Shown here piece by piece: positions 9,861 through 19,064 of a stretch of 64,000 bases of DNA. The position numbers and the translations under genes are program-made. The DNA comes from Candidatus Omnitrophota bacterium (GTDB lineage: Bacteria; Omnitrophota; Gorgyraeia; Gygaellales; Profunditerraquicolaceae). The notes under the pieces are model-generated. The model was not told where the DNA came from. It worked only from the letters and a program-made list of their open reading frames with translations, and searched no databases. The stretch covers positions 81,977 through 145,976 of the forward strand of contig JAKLGJ010000002.1 in assembly GCA_022710715.1 (NCBI GenBank), read 5' to 3'. Positions within the stretch are counted from its first letter, which is position 1; each line of letters begins with the position of its first letter.

Positions 9861-11432
9861 TTAATGTTTAAAATGCCTGGTCCCGGTAAAGACCATGGCT
9901 AAGGCGTGTTTGTCGCAGGCGCGGATAATCTCTTCGTCGGCGATCGAACCGCCCGGCTGGATAATTGCTTTGACGCCCATCCTGGCCGCAACAGCGACAT
10001 TGTCGTCCTTGGGAAAGAACGCGTCCGACGCCAGGCATGAACCCGCGCTCAAGCTGCCGGCTTTGCGTTTGGTGATATACACCGAGTCCACCCGGGACAT
10101 CTGGCCGGCCCCCACGGCTATCGTCCGGGAGCCTTTGGCCAGCACGATGGCGTTGGATTTAACATGCTTGACCACTTTCCAGGCGAAGAGCAGCGATCCC
10201 ATCTGGGCTTTGGTGGGTTTTTTTCTGGTCACCACTTTCAATTTCGCCGGATCGAAAAGTATCGTATCCTCATCCTGGACCAGAATGCCGCCGTTGACCC
10301 GCTTGATATCCATTTGCGGCAGCGTCTTGAGCATGTCCGGAAAAGCCAGCAGGCGAAGATTCTTCTTCGCTTTGAGCGTCGCCAGCGCTTCGTCGGAAAA
10401 AGCCGGCGCGATGATACATTCCAGAAATCCGCTCCTGGCTATGCGCTGGGCAAGCCGGATGTCGACCGGCCGATTAATACTGACGATGCCGCCGAAAGCG
10501 GAGAGCTGGTCGCACTTCCAGGCAGAGGCGTACGCTTTCAGCACATCCCGGTCCTGGGCAACCCCGCAGGGATTATTGTGTTTGACAAAAGCCACTGCCG
10601 GTTTCTCAAACTCCCTGATCAACCCGACGGCAGCATTCAGATCGAATATATTATTGAAGGAAAGCTCCTTGCCCCAGAGTTGCTGCATGCCGGTGATCCC
10701 GCGGCGCGGACCGGCGTCGGCATAGAAAGCGGCGTGCTGATGCGGATTTTCTCCGTACCGCAAATCCTGGGCTTTGATGAACTGCAGCCGCAATTCCTGC
10801 GGCAGCGCCCCCCCCTGCGCAGCATCCGCCTTCGGCCCGGCGCCCTGCAGATAGGTAAAGATGGCGTTATCGTATTCCGCGGTCCGGCGGAACACTTCCA
10901 CCGCGCAGCGCTTCGCCGTATCCTCGCTTATCGCTCCCTTATGCTCCTGCAGTTCGGAGATGATCCGACCGTACTGCCCGGGATCGGAAATCACCACTAC
11001 GGACTGATGATTCTTGGCTGCCGAGCGCAACATGGACGGTCCGCCGATATCGATGTTTTCTATAGCTTCTTCGCGCGTTGTCCCCGGGCGGGCTACGGTC
11101 TTTTCGAAAGGGTAGAGGTTGACGATAACCATATCGATAAGCCCGATACGATGTTCGGCCAGCATACGCATATGTTCCGGGTCGGCGCGCAGAGCCAGCA
11201 GCCCGCCGTGTATAGCCGGATGCAGGGTTTTCACTCTGCCGTCGAGCATCTCGGGAAACCCGGTATAGTCCGCGACTTCCTTTACCGCGATGCCCTGCTG
11301 AAGCAGCAGCCTGGCTGTTCCGCCGGTAGAAAGGATCTCCACGCCGTATGTCTGCAAAACCTTACAGATATCGACAATGCCCGTTTTGTCCGACACGCTG
11401 ACTAACGCTCGCCTGATCCTGATCATGCTCAT
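9861..11432 (-). CDS. purH: bifunctional AICAR transformylase / IMP cyclohydrolase
   Basis: N-terminal MGS-like IMPCH domain (ALVSVSDKTGIVDICKVL...STGGTA) and C-terminal AICARFT domain; 523 aa. Confidence 0.93.
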   Translation of the reverse strand: MSMIRIRRALVSVSDKTGIVDICKVLQTYGVEILSTGGTARLLLQQGIAVKEVADYTGFPEMLDGRVKTLHPAIHGGLLALRADPEHMRMLAEHRIGLIDMVIVNLYPFEKTVARPGTTREEAIENIDIGGPSMLRSAAKNHQSVVVISDPGQYGRIISELQEHKGAISEDTAKRCAVEVFRRTAEYDNAIFTYLQGAGPKADAAQGGALPQELRLQFIKAQDLRYGENPHQHAAFYADAGPRRGITGMQQLWGKELSFNNIFDLNAAVGLIREFEKPAVAFVKHNNPCGVAQDRDVLKAYASAWKCDQLSAFGGIVSINRPVDIRLAQRIARSGFLECIIAPAFSDEALATLKAKKNLRLLAFPDMLKTLPQMDIKRVNGGILVQDEDTILFDPAKLKVVTRKKPTKAQMGSLLFAWKVVKHVKSNAIVLAKGSRTIAVGAGQMSRVDSVYITKRKAGSLSAGSCLASDAFFPKDDNVAVAARMGVKAIIQPGGSIADEEIIRACDKHALAMVFTGTRHFKH

Positions 11433-11438
11433 GGTCTC

Positions 11439-12266
11439 CTACTTATTCGTCCGGATCACCAGGTAATCACCGTCCTGAACGACATACTCCTTCATCTCCA
11501 GACGCAGATGATTATTCGCGCGCGCCTTGGAGAGACTGCCGTCCCCACTCAAATCCTGATAACTGATCACTTCGGCACGGATGAAACCGCGCTGGATATC
11601 GGTATGAATCGCGCCGGCCGCGTCCCATGCTGTCGCGCCCTTCTTGATCGACCAGGCGTGGCTGTCCTTGTCTCCCGCGGTGAAAAAGCTGATGAATCCG
11701 CTCTGGTAATAAGCTTTAAAAAGCAATGCGTCCTTGTTTTCCAGGTCCTGATCGCCGGCAAGACAGACCGGCCGGATAGTCAGAAGAGAGCCTCCGGCGA
11801 TAAGATTCTTTTCCGCGTCACTTAAAGTCAGCTCATTGAGCAACCCTTCTTTGTCCAGATGTTCCTTAAACCGGCCCAGGAGCTTCTTTTCCGTTTCGTC
11901 CGTACAGCGGCTTAACCGCGTTTCCACAAATTCCATATCCGTTACGATCAGGTCGAGCTTCGCGGCTGCCGGACAGAGAATGCCGTCAGCTTCGATCAAC
12001 TTTGCCTCGTCGGTAATCACCTCAATCTGGATATAGACCTCTTTGGCGGAATTGAACATCTGTTTAAGCGTCTTGACCCGGTTATCGACCAGATTGGCCT
12101 TGCCTTGAGAAAACGCATCTATCTTGACTACTCCTAATTTCACCGTCGCTGCTCCTTTCTGGAAAACCGGCTTTGGCCGTGGGCTACTCCTGGTCTTCTT
12201 TATGCTGTTGCTGCGCCTGATAAGCGCTGATGATCGGATTGGCGATCTTGCCGGGCACCTGCTCAT
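11439..12266 (-). CDS. YchF-like protein lacking the P-loop G domain (helical + TGS/YchF_C domains only). Start codon uncertain, possibly internal at 12059.
   Basis: C-terminal half aligns to E. coli YchF residues ~200-363 (FTAGDKDSHAWSIKKGATAWDAAGAIHTDIQRGFIRAEVISY...LRLEMKEYVVQDGDYLVIR vs [42 protein letters not shown]...MRAEGKDYIVKDGDVMNF). No GxxxxGKS motif anywhere. The first ~27 codons of the track ORF overlap the upstream EF-G-like gene. Confidence 0.6.
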   Translation of the reverse strand: MSRCPARSPIRSSALIRRSNSIKKTRSSPRPKPVFQKGAATVKLGVVKIDAFSQGKANLVDNRVKTLKQMFNSAKEVYIQIEVITDEAKLIEADGILCPAAAKLDLIVTDMEFVETRLSRCTDETEKKLLGRFKEHLDKEGLLNELTLSDAEKNLIAGGSLLTIRPVCLAGDQDLENKDALLFKAYYQSGFISFFTAGDKDSHAWSIKKGATAWDAAGAIHTDIQRGFIRAEVISYQDLSGDGSLSKARANNHLRLEMKEYVVQDGDYLVIRTNK

Positions 12267-14124
12267 AATGCGAGAATTTCATAGTGTAGTTGCCCTTTCC
12301 CTGCGTCATCGAGCGCAGGTCGTTGCCGTAGGTAAACATTTCCGAAAGCGGAACGCTGGCCTTAATCACCTGAAGCTTGCCTTTCGCCTCCATACCCAGC
12401 GTGCGCCCGCGGCGGGAATTCAGGTCGCCGGACACCGGTCCCAGAAATTCATCCGTCACCATCACATCCACTTCCATGATCGGCTCCAGCAAGGCCGGTC
12501 CGGCTTCGAGCGCGGCTTTGCGCAAAGCGATCCCTCCGGCGCGCTGGAACGCCATATCCGACGAATCGACGTCGTGATAAGACCCGTCAAAAAGCGTTAC
12601 CGCAACATCGACCATGGGGTATCCGGCAATAACGCCCCCCAGCATCGCAGCCTTTACGCCCTTCTCTACCGAGGGAATGAAGTTCCGCGGGATTGCCCCG
12701 CCGACAATCTTATCGATAAACTCGAAACCCTTGCCGTGCTCAAGCGGATGGATCTCGATCCAGCAATCGCCGTACTGCCCACGTCCGCCGGACTGCCGCT
12801 TGAACTTCCCCTGCACCCTGGCTGTTCTGGTAATCGTTTCCTTGTACGGCACCTTGGGTTTGCCTACTTCAACATCGACATTAAACCGTTTCTTCAACCT
12901 GCCCATCATCACATGCAGATGCAGATCTCCGATACCGGAAACGATCATTTCCTTCGTCTCGGGATCGACGTGCTCCCGGAACGTGGGATCCTCGGCCACC
13001 AGCTTGGCCAGAGCCTGGGAGATCTTTTCTTCATCCTGACGGGTCTTGGGTTTGACCGAAGCGGACATCATCCCTTCAGGAAATTCGATGGGTTTGAAAA
13101 TCACCGGATGCGCCTGATCAGTCAACGAATCGTTGGTTACCGTCTGCTTTAATTTGGGAATGGCGATAATATCGCCGCAGGTGGCCGACTCGATAGCGCG
13201 CTGCTCCTTGCCCTGGAGAATATATAATTGACTGAAACGCTCCGGCGCTTTCTGCGTGGCATTATAGAAAGTGGTATTGGTATTTAATTTACCGGAAAAA
13301 ACCCGGATAATGCTTAATTGCCCGACGTACGGATCAATGATACTCTTAAAAACCATTGCGGAAAACGGCGCCGTCTCCGAAACGGACACTTCTCCCAGGT
13401 CCACCTGCAGGTTGGACCGCTCTTCCGGGGAAGCGCACAGATCCTGCACCGCTTTCAACAGCTCGTCGATGCCGTTATCGGTCAGCGCGGACCCGAACAG
13501 GATGGGAAACACCTTTGCGTTATAGACCGCTTTATGCAGACCGCTGTTGATTTCTTCCAGGCTCAATTTGCCGTCTGCAAGATATTTCTCCAGCAGCGCA
13601 TCGTCGCTTTCCGCCACAGACTCCATCAACTCTTCCAGGGAAGTCGAGTTCAACACTACCGCATTCTTGGAAAGCGTGCTGCGGATATCGGAGATGATTT
13701 TCTCTTTGTCAACCCCTTCTTTGTCGCTTTTATTCACAAAGATCAGCCGCGGCAACCCCATCTCATCGATCAGCTGCCACACTTTCTCGGTGCCGACTTC
13801 CACGCCGGCCCCGGCATCGATAACCACGATGGCGTTATCTGCCGCTCGGACTCCGGCCAGAACATCGCCGTAAAAATCGGCATAACCGGGAGTATCGATG
13901 AGTTGAATGCGTATATCCTGGTAATCGCAGAAAAGGAAACTGGCATTGATGGACGATTTACGCTCGATCTCGTCCCAGTTGTAATCGCTGACCGTGTTTC
14001 CTTCTGTGACCGAGCCCTTGCGAGAGGTCGCTTTGCATCTGAAAAGAAGGCTTTCGGCGAGAGAGGTTTTGCCGGCTTGAGCGTGTCCTAAAAGGACAAC
14101 GCTGCGCTTATGTTTGGCATCCAT
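12184..14124 (-). CDS. elongation factor G-like GTPase (divergent EF-G paralog)
   Basis: G1 GHAQAGKTS, G3 DTPGYADF, G4 NKSD, followed by EF-G domains II-V; 646 aa. The G motifs differ from canonical EF-G (GHVDAGKTT/DTPGHVDF/NKMD). Confidence 0.8.
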   Translation of the reverse strand: MDAKHKRSVVLLGHAQAGKTSLAESLLFRCKATSRKGSVTEGNTVSDYNWDEIERKSSINASFLFCDYQDIRIQLIDTPGYADFYGDVLAGVRAADNAIVVIDAGAGVEVGTEKVWQLIDEMGLPRLIFVNKSDKEGVDKEKIISDIRSTLSKNAVVLNSTSLEELMESVAESDDALLEKYLADGKLSLEEINSGLHKAVYNAKVFPILFGSALTDNGIDELLKAVQDLCASPEERSNLQVDLGEVSVSETAPFSAMVFKSIIDPYVGQLSIIRVFSGKLNTNTTFYNATQKAPERFSQLYILQGKEQRAIESATCGDIIAIPKLKQTVTNDSLTDQAHPVIFKPIEFPEGMMSASVKPKTRQDEEKISQALAKLVAEDPTFREHVDPETKEMIVSGIGDLHLHVMMGRLKKRFNVDVEVGKPKVPYKETITRTARVQGKFKRQSGGRGQYGDCWIEIHPLEHGKGFEFIDKIVGGAIPRNFIPSVEKGVKAAMLGGVIAGYPMVDVAVTLFDGSYHDVDSSDMAFQRAGGIALRKAALEAGPALLEPIMEVDVMVTDEFLGPVSGDLNSRRGRTLGMEAKGKLQVIKASVPLSEMFTYGNDLRSMTQGKGNYTMKFSHYEQVPGKIANPIISAYQAQQQHKEDQE

Positions 14125-14296
14125 TCCTTGACTCCTTTTTTGGAAGTGAAAAGGACAATCACGTTATGCGGGCGTGAGTGGATAGAAAGCGATACCAAAG
14201 GATTTAAAAAACTATAAAGGTATTATAACGGGGATTAACTCCATGGTCAAGAGAAAATCAGGCGGGAATACTTAATCCTATATATATGAGGCGCTT

Positions 14297-15481
14297 TTAT
14301 TCCAGATAGGTATATACCGTTCCGGAAAAATTGCGCAACACATACTTACCTTTGGCTTCGGAAAGGATGTAATTGGGTCCGACCGGGATCTTCCCTCCGC
14401 CGCCAGGCGCATCAATGACATACGTGGGAACGGCGTAACCGGACGTATGACCGCGCAGTTTCTCGATAATGTTGATCCCGGTGCTGACCGGGGTGCGGAA
14501 ATGTTGCGTTCCCCGCACCGGATCGCACTGATAAATATAATACGGGCGCACCCTTATTTTAAGCAATTCATGCACCAGCTTGCGCATGATATGCGGCCGG
14601 TCGTTGATGCCCTTTAAAAGCACGGTCTGGCTGCCCAGGGGGATGCCGGCATCGGCCAGCATTTCGCAGGCATTCCTGGTGCGGCGGGTGATCTCTTTGG
14701 GATGGTTGAAATGTATGCTCATCCACAGCGGGCCGTACTTTTTGAGCGTGGCAATCAGGCTTTCGGTAATACGCTGCGGCAGGGTAACCGGCACGCGCGT
14801 TCCCAGCCGGACAAACTCGACATGCGGGATCGCCCGCAACCGCTTGAGCAATCCGCCGAGCACTTCTTCCTCCAGGATGAGCGGATCTCCGCCGGAAATC
14901 AACACATCCCTGATCTTCTTGTTGGATTGGATGTATTCGATCGCCTTATCCCAGCGTCCGGCGCCGGGATCTGCGTGTTCCTCCTGCCCGACAATCCTTC
15001 TGCGGGTACAATGCCGGCAATACATGGCGCAGGCTTCGGTAGACAGAAGCAGCACGCGGTCAGGATAACGATGGACCAGATGGGGCGCGGGCGAATCGCT
15101 GTCTTCGCCGCAGGGATCAGCCATCTCGTGAGGGCTGACATGGAATTCATCGGCCAGCGGGATGCACTGGCGGCGGATCGGACAATGCGGATCGTCCGGA
15201 TCGATAAGCGTTGCCCAGTACGGTGTAATAGCCATGGCCATCCTGCCTTTGGCGTTCCGGATGCCTTCCTCTTCGGAAGGAGTAAGGTTCACCACCTGGC
15301 TGATCTGATCCATCTTGGTGATGCGGTTGCGCATCTGCCAGCGCCAATCTTCCCAGTCCAGAGGATTGACATCCCGGTACAGGCTGATCTGCTGATAATC
15401 CCGCCCTCGCTTGCCCGGACGTATACCGACACCATTCTCTACGAGCGTTTTCTGCTGTTCGGTGGTCATGGTGTTAGCCAT
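14297..15481 (-). CDS. kamA: L-lysine 2,3-aminomutase (radical SAM, PLP-dependent)
   Basis: Near-collinear match to Clostridium KamA: DWEDWRWQMRNRI, CAMYCRHCTRRR (CxxxCxxC), ISGGDPLIL, HFRTPVSTGINIIEKLRGHTSGYAVPTYVIDAPGGGGKIPV. Confidence 0.92.
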   Translation of the reverse strand: MANTMTTEQQKTLVENGVGIRPGKRGRDYQQISLYRDVNPLDWEDWRWQMRNRITKMDQISQVVNLTPSEEEGIRNAKGRMAMAITPYWATLIDPDDPHCPIRRQCIPLADEFHVSPHEMADPCGEDSDSPAPHLVHRYPDRVLLLSTEACAMYCRHCTRRRIVGQEEHADPGAGRWDKAIEYIQSNKKIRDVLISGGDPLILEEEVLGGLLKRLRAIPHVEFVRLGTRVPVTLPQRITESLIATLKKYGPLWMSIHFNHPKEITRRTRNACEMLADAGIPLGSQTVLLKGINDRPHIMRKLVHELLKIRVRPYYIYQCDPVRGTQHFRTPVSTGINIIEKLRGHTSGYAVPTYVIDAPGGGGKIPVGPNYILSEAKGKYVLRNFSGTVYTYLE

Positions 15482-16481
15482 TTTTCATTTTCCTCCGTTG
15501 GAAGGCATTCATCAAAATGGAATTGATCAGGTCCTCGTATTTCATTCCGGCAGCGTACACCATCAATGGGAAATTCGACTCCTTGGGATTCAATCCCGGC
15601 AACGGATTGATCTCCAGAACGTACGGGATCCCGTGCTTGTTCAGGCGGATATCGGTCCGGGAGATATCGTAACAGCCGACGGCACGGTGGGTCTTCAATG
15701 CCGTTTCTTTAACCAGGGTTTCAGTAGCCTTATCCAGCCGGGCCGGACAATGGAATGTCGGGGTCAGCCCCTTGGCTTCATCGCCCTGGAATTCTTTCAT
15801 CCGCCAGGAATAAAAAAACTCTCCGCTCTTGGCGCAGGTAGAGAAATCGATCTCGAGTATCGGCAGGATCGTCGCGGTACCGTTCTCCAGAATACCCACG
15901 GTCAGCTCCGTCCCTTCGATGAATTCCTCCACGATCATCTCCTGGTGATAGCGGCCGATCAATTCCTTGAGCCGGCGATACAACGCGGTTGCATCGCTGA
16001 CAAAATTCTCTTTCATGATCCCCTTGGCCGACCCTTCCAGGTTAGGCTTGATGATCAGAGGAAAACACATCTGCGGATCAAGGGTTTCGGTTCCTTTGAC
16101 GAACACCTGGAACCGCGGGGTCGGAATGTTGTCGGCAATGAGGATTTTCTTGGTCATAGCCTTATTCAAAGCCAGCGCCAGAGAGAACGTATCCGAACCG
16201 GTATGGGGAATGTTGAGATATTCCAGGATCGCCGGGACCTGGGACTCGCGGAATTTGCCGCGGGTGCCCTCGGCGATGTTGAAGACCATGTCTACGGGGT
16301 TATTTTTAAAAAATGAGAGCAGGTTGGGATTGTCCGCTTCTACATGCGCCACGCTGTGACCGCGCGAGCGCAAAGCGCTGGAGATGGCGTTAATCGTTTC
16401 TTCGGAGTCAAACTCCGAGAAATAATCCGGAGGTTTGCTTTCGTCTTCTTTCTTGAGATTATAGGTAAGCGCTATCTTCAT
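15474..16481 (-). CDS. D-alanine--D-alanine ligase family ATP-grasp enzyme (paralog A)
   Basis: Ddl-family blocks: FNIAEGTRGKF...YLNIPHTGSD, IIKPNLEGSAKGI, RTDIRLNKHGIPYVLEINPLPGL; 335 aa. Start overlaps the paralog B stop and its own stop overlaps the kamA start (operon). Confidence 0.8.
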   Translation of the reverse strand: MKIALTYNLKKEDESKPPDYFSEFDSEETINAISSALRSRGHSVAHVEADNPNLLSFFKNNPVDMVFNIAEGTRGKFRESQVPAILEYLNIPHTGSDTFSLALALNKAMTKKILIADNIPTPRFQVFVKGTETLDPQMCFPLIIKPNLEGSAKGIMKENFVSDATALYRRLKELIGRYHQEMIVEEFIEGTELTVGILENGTATILPILEIDFSTCAKSGEFFYSWRMKEFQGDEAKGLTPTFHCPARLDKATETLVKETALKTHRAVGCYDISRTDIRLNKHGIPYVLEINPLPGLNPKESNFPLMVYAAGMKYEDLINSILMNAFQRRKMKNG

Positions 16482-17468
16482 TTACTGTATATTGTACCGT
16501 TTTAGCGCGGCCTGGAGGATCTTTCCGACGATATCCTCGTAGGTCATGCCGACCGCCTTAGCGAACAGCGGGAAAACATCTTCGGTGGACAAAGACGGTA
16601 ACGGGTTAATTTCCAGCACATAGGGATTCCCTTTTTCGTCCACCCGGAAATCTATTCTGCCGAAATCCAGGCATTCGATGGCCTGATAGGTCTTCAGCGC
16701 CAGAGTGGAAAGCTTATGCTGTAATTTCTCCGGTATCTGCGCCGGGCATACGTATTCCAGCGTATCGCTTTTGATGTGACCGAACGTGTAAAATTTATCC
16801 TTGAGCTTGAGCTTTCCGTCGATTTTAATCTGCACGATCGGCAAGACTTCCGGCGGATCGTTACCGACGACACCGACGGTAAACTCTTCCCCCCGGATGA
16901 ATTCTTCTACCAGCGCCGGCTGCTTATACGTATTAACGACAAATTCCACCTGTTTATACAGTTCTTCTTTATTTTCCACGCGGGACGCTTCACTCAACCC
17001 CTTGGAGGAACCTTCACAGCGCGGCTTGACAAAAAGCGGGAATTTCATATGATCCAGGCCGTGCAGAGATTCCATGTTTTTCACTTCGAGAAATCTCGGG
17101 GAAGGGATATCTTCGGAAAGGAACACTTTCTTGGCCATCACCTTATCCAGCGATAACGCCAGCGTCAGAGAGTCGGACCCGACATAGGGGATATTGGCCA
17201 TCTCAAGCAGGATGGGCACCTGGGACTCGCGATTGCGACCGACAAGACCTTCGGAAATATTAAAAACGATATCCACCTTGATCTTGTCCAGCGTCTCCAG
17301 AACTTTAGCGACATTGCCGATTTTATGGACTTCGAAACCGTTCGCCTTGATCGCTTTGGCGATGACATCGATAGTACTGGGATGATCGAATTCCGCATTT
17401 GCGTCCGGAGGATCGTTTTCTTTAAAACGGTAATCGGTTTTCAGGTCGTATGTCAGCCCGACTTTCAT
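16482..17468 (-). CDS. D-alanine--D-alanine ligase family ATP-grasp enzyme (paralog B)
   Basis: Same Ddl-family blocks (FNISEGLVGRNRESQ, FVKPRCEGSSKGL, RIDFRVDEKGNPYVLEINPLPSL); 328 aa. Tandem with paralog A. Confidence 0.8.
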   Translation of the reverse strand: MKVGLTYDLKTDYRFKENDPPDANAEFDHPSTIDVIAKAIKANGFEVHKIGNVAKVLETLDKIKVDIVFNISEGLVGRNRESQVPILLEMANIPYVGSDSLTLALSLDKVMAKKVFLSEDIPSPRFLEVKNMESLHGLDHMKFPLFVKPRCEGSSKGLSEASRVENKEELYKQVEFVVNTYKQPALVEEFIRGEEFTVGVVGNDPPEVLPIVQIKIDGKLKLKDKFYTFGHIKSDTLEYVCPAQIPEKLQHKLSTLALKTYQAIECLDFGRIDFRVDEKGNPYVLEINPLPSLSTEDVFPLFAKAVGMTYEDIVGKILQAALKRYNIQ

Positions 17469-17490
17469 TACTATCCTTTGGTTTTACTTA

Positions 17491-17524
17491 AAACAAAAAA
17501 AGGCTCTGCCAACTGAAAGAGCCA
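17491..17524 (-). terminator. Rho-independent terminator (minus strand)
   Basis: Minus strand reads GGCTCTTTCAGTTGGCAGAGCC followed by TTTTTTTGTTTT. Lies between the UPF0280 gene and the start of the ddl-like/kamA operon. Confidence 0.55.
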
Positions 17525-17675
17525 TTATGCACTGCCTACGTTTTTCAATTGACCTTTTACAACCTCCTCTGGCGTTCATCTACTTCATTACAACGTCATT
17601 TTTATCATACTGGCGGTTTTTGTCAAGCATTTTTTCTCGTCGAGAAATGCGGTTTTTTTTATAATTCTTTTCGGC

Positions 17676-18413
17676 TCATGCGAGCGTGATACCGCCCCAG
17701 GTCGCCATGCGGTCATCCTTTATGATCAGCACGCCTTTAACCCCGCGAATCGACCGCGCAAAGGCGATTGCCGTCGGAAAATCCGCCGCTGCTTGCACGC
17801 GGTTCCCCACCGCGGTGGCTACCGCATCCGCCAGCACCGCACCGGGACAGAGAATGCTTACCCCATCCGCCTGCCCGAAGCTCAACGAGTGGCCGACGGT
17901 CCCCGAAGAAGTGCACAGGCCGGCGGGAGTCTGGCGGGGATCGATGCGCAAGCGCAGTTTTCCCGACAATGCGGACGACCCCGCAAAAATGCCCACGGTC
18001 ACCGGCCGGGAAATTTTCAGGAAGATATCCCCTCCGTTCTCCACGATCACATCCCGATACCCCTTACGCAGCAAGGCTTTGCCCAGATACTGCGCGATGG
18101 CTCCGGCCACCGCAGCCATCGGCCCCACTCCGGCTCGAGCGGCTCCCCGGGCCATATCCCGGACAATCGCAGCGGCGCGCGCTTCCACGGGAATCGGCTT
18201 CAAGGAGGTAAGGAACCGCTTATCCTTACAGTGGATATAGCGCTCAATCGCGCCCCGGTAAGCGCGGATACGCGCTTCGGCAAACCGGCAGTCCAGCGGT
18301 TTGTCGGTCATGATCTGAACGTCGGTTTCTGCCACCATGATTTCCTGCGCAAATAACCGGCGGGAGTAACGCCATTTTCGGTAAAAACGCGGCTGGTATC
18401 CTGGCTGTTTCAT
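17676..18413 (-). CDS. UPF0280 / ApbE-like family protein
   Basis: 245 aa with a GPMAAVAGAIAQ glycine-rich segment and overall resemblance to the archaeal-type UPF0280 family; assignment is from memory of the family pattern. Confidence 0.4.
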   Translation of the reverse strand: MKQPGYQPRFYRKWRYSRRLFAQEIMVAETDVQIMTDKPLDCRFAEARIRAYRGAIERYIHCKDKRFLTSLKPIPVEARAAAIVRDMARGAARAGVGPMAAVAGAIAQYLGKALLRKGYRDVIVENGGDIFLKISRPVTVGIFAGSSALSGKLRLRIDPRQTPAGLCTSSGTVGHSLSFGQADGVSILCPGAVLADAVATAVGNRVQAAADFPTAIAFARSIRGVKGVLIIKDDRMATWGGITLA

Positions 18414-18437
18414 GTGTACGGCTGATTGGTTGAAGAG

Positions 18438-19064
18438 TTATCCTTCCGGCGCGACCCCGCAGGAAAGCAAGTCGCGTTGAAGCTGCTCTACCCCGGTATA
18501 TACAAAAGCGCGCAGGCCCAGCGCAGCGGCAGCGGCGATCAGCTCGGCCCGGTCATCGACATAGAACGTTTCCTGGGGAGCGCTGCCCATTGCGTCAAGC
18601 GCGGCGCGGTAAATGCGCGGATCTGGTTTAGTCATTCCCAGAGCGTACGAGGTAAAAATGCAGTCAAAAACGTCAAAAACGGGGAAGGCGGTGCGCAGAT
18701 ACTCGAAATGCAGTTTGTTCACATTGGAAAGCAATCCCACCCGATAACGGCCGCGCAGGCTCTTTGCCAGTTGATACACCCGCTTATTGTGATCATTCAT
18801 GAAGAATATACCGTTCCAGATGCGCACGAACTCGCGAAAACCGATATCGATCCCCGTCTGCCGTTTGATCTGCGCGAAAAACGCTTCCGGCGTAAGGGCG
18901 CCTTCTTCAAAACGCATCACGAGTGCGGAGTTAAAAAAGAAGTCGAACAGTTCCTGCGGGCTACGGGTACTGCGGGCGGCAATGGCACGGGCGGCGATTA
19001 GATGGTCGAAATCGATCAACACCCTGCCCAGGTCGAAGAGTACGCAACGGATGGGACTCGGCAC
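18438..19064 (-). CDS. HAD-superfamily hydrolase, subfamily IA
   Basis: Motif I CVLFDLGRVLIDFD (DxD-type nucleophile), motif II LLSN, motif IV YVDD; 208 aa. Confidence 0.75.
   Translation of the reverse strand: MPSPIRCVLFDLGRVLIDFDHLIAARAIAARSTRSPQELFDFFFNSALVMRFEEGALTPEAFFAQIKRQTGIDIGFREFVRIWNGIFFMNDHNKRVYQLAKSLRGRYRVGLLSNVNKLHFEYLRTAFPVFDVFDCIFTSYALGMTKPDPRIYRAALDAMGSAPQETFYVDDRAELIAAAAALGLRAFVYTGVEQLQRDLLSCGVAPEG

Noticed and set aside
10164-11405. 413-aa plus-strand ORF
   Set aside because: Antisense to purH; no recognisable domain.
15474-17468. The two Ddl-like genes as the housekeeping peptidoglycan D-Ala-D-Ala ligase
   Set aside because: They are tandem paralogs fused into an operon with kamA and are not in a mur/fts (dcw) context. 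A housekeeping role cannot be excluded from sequence alone, so both are kept as family-level calls.
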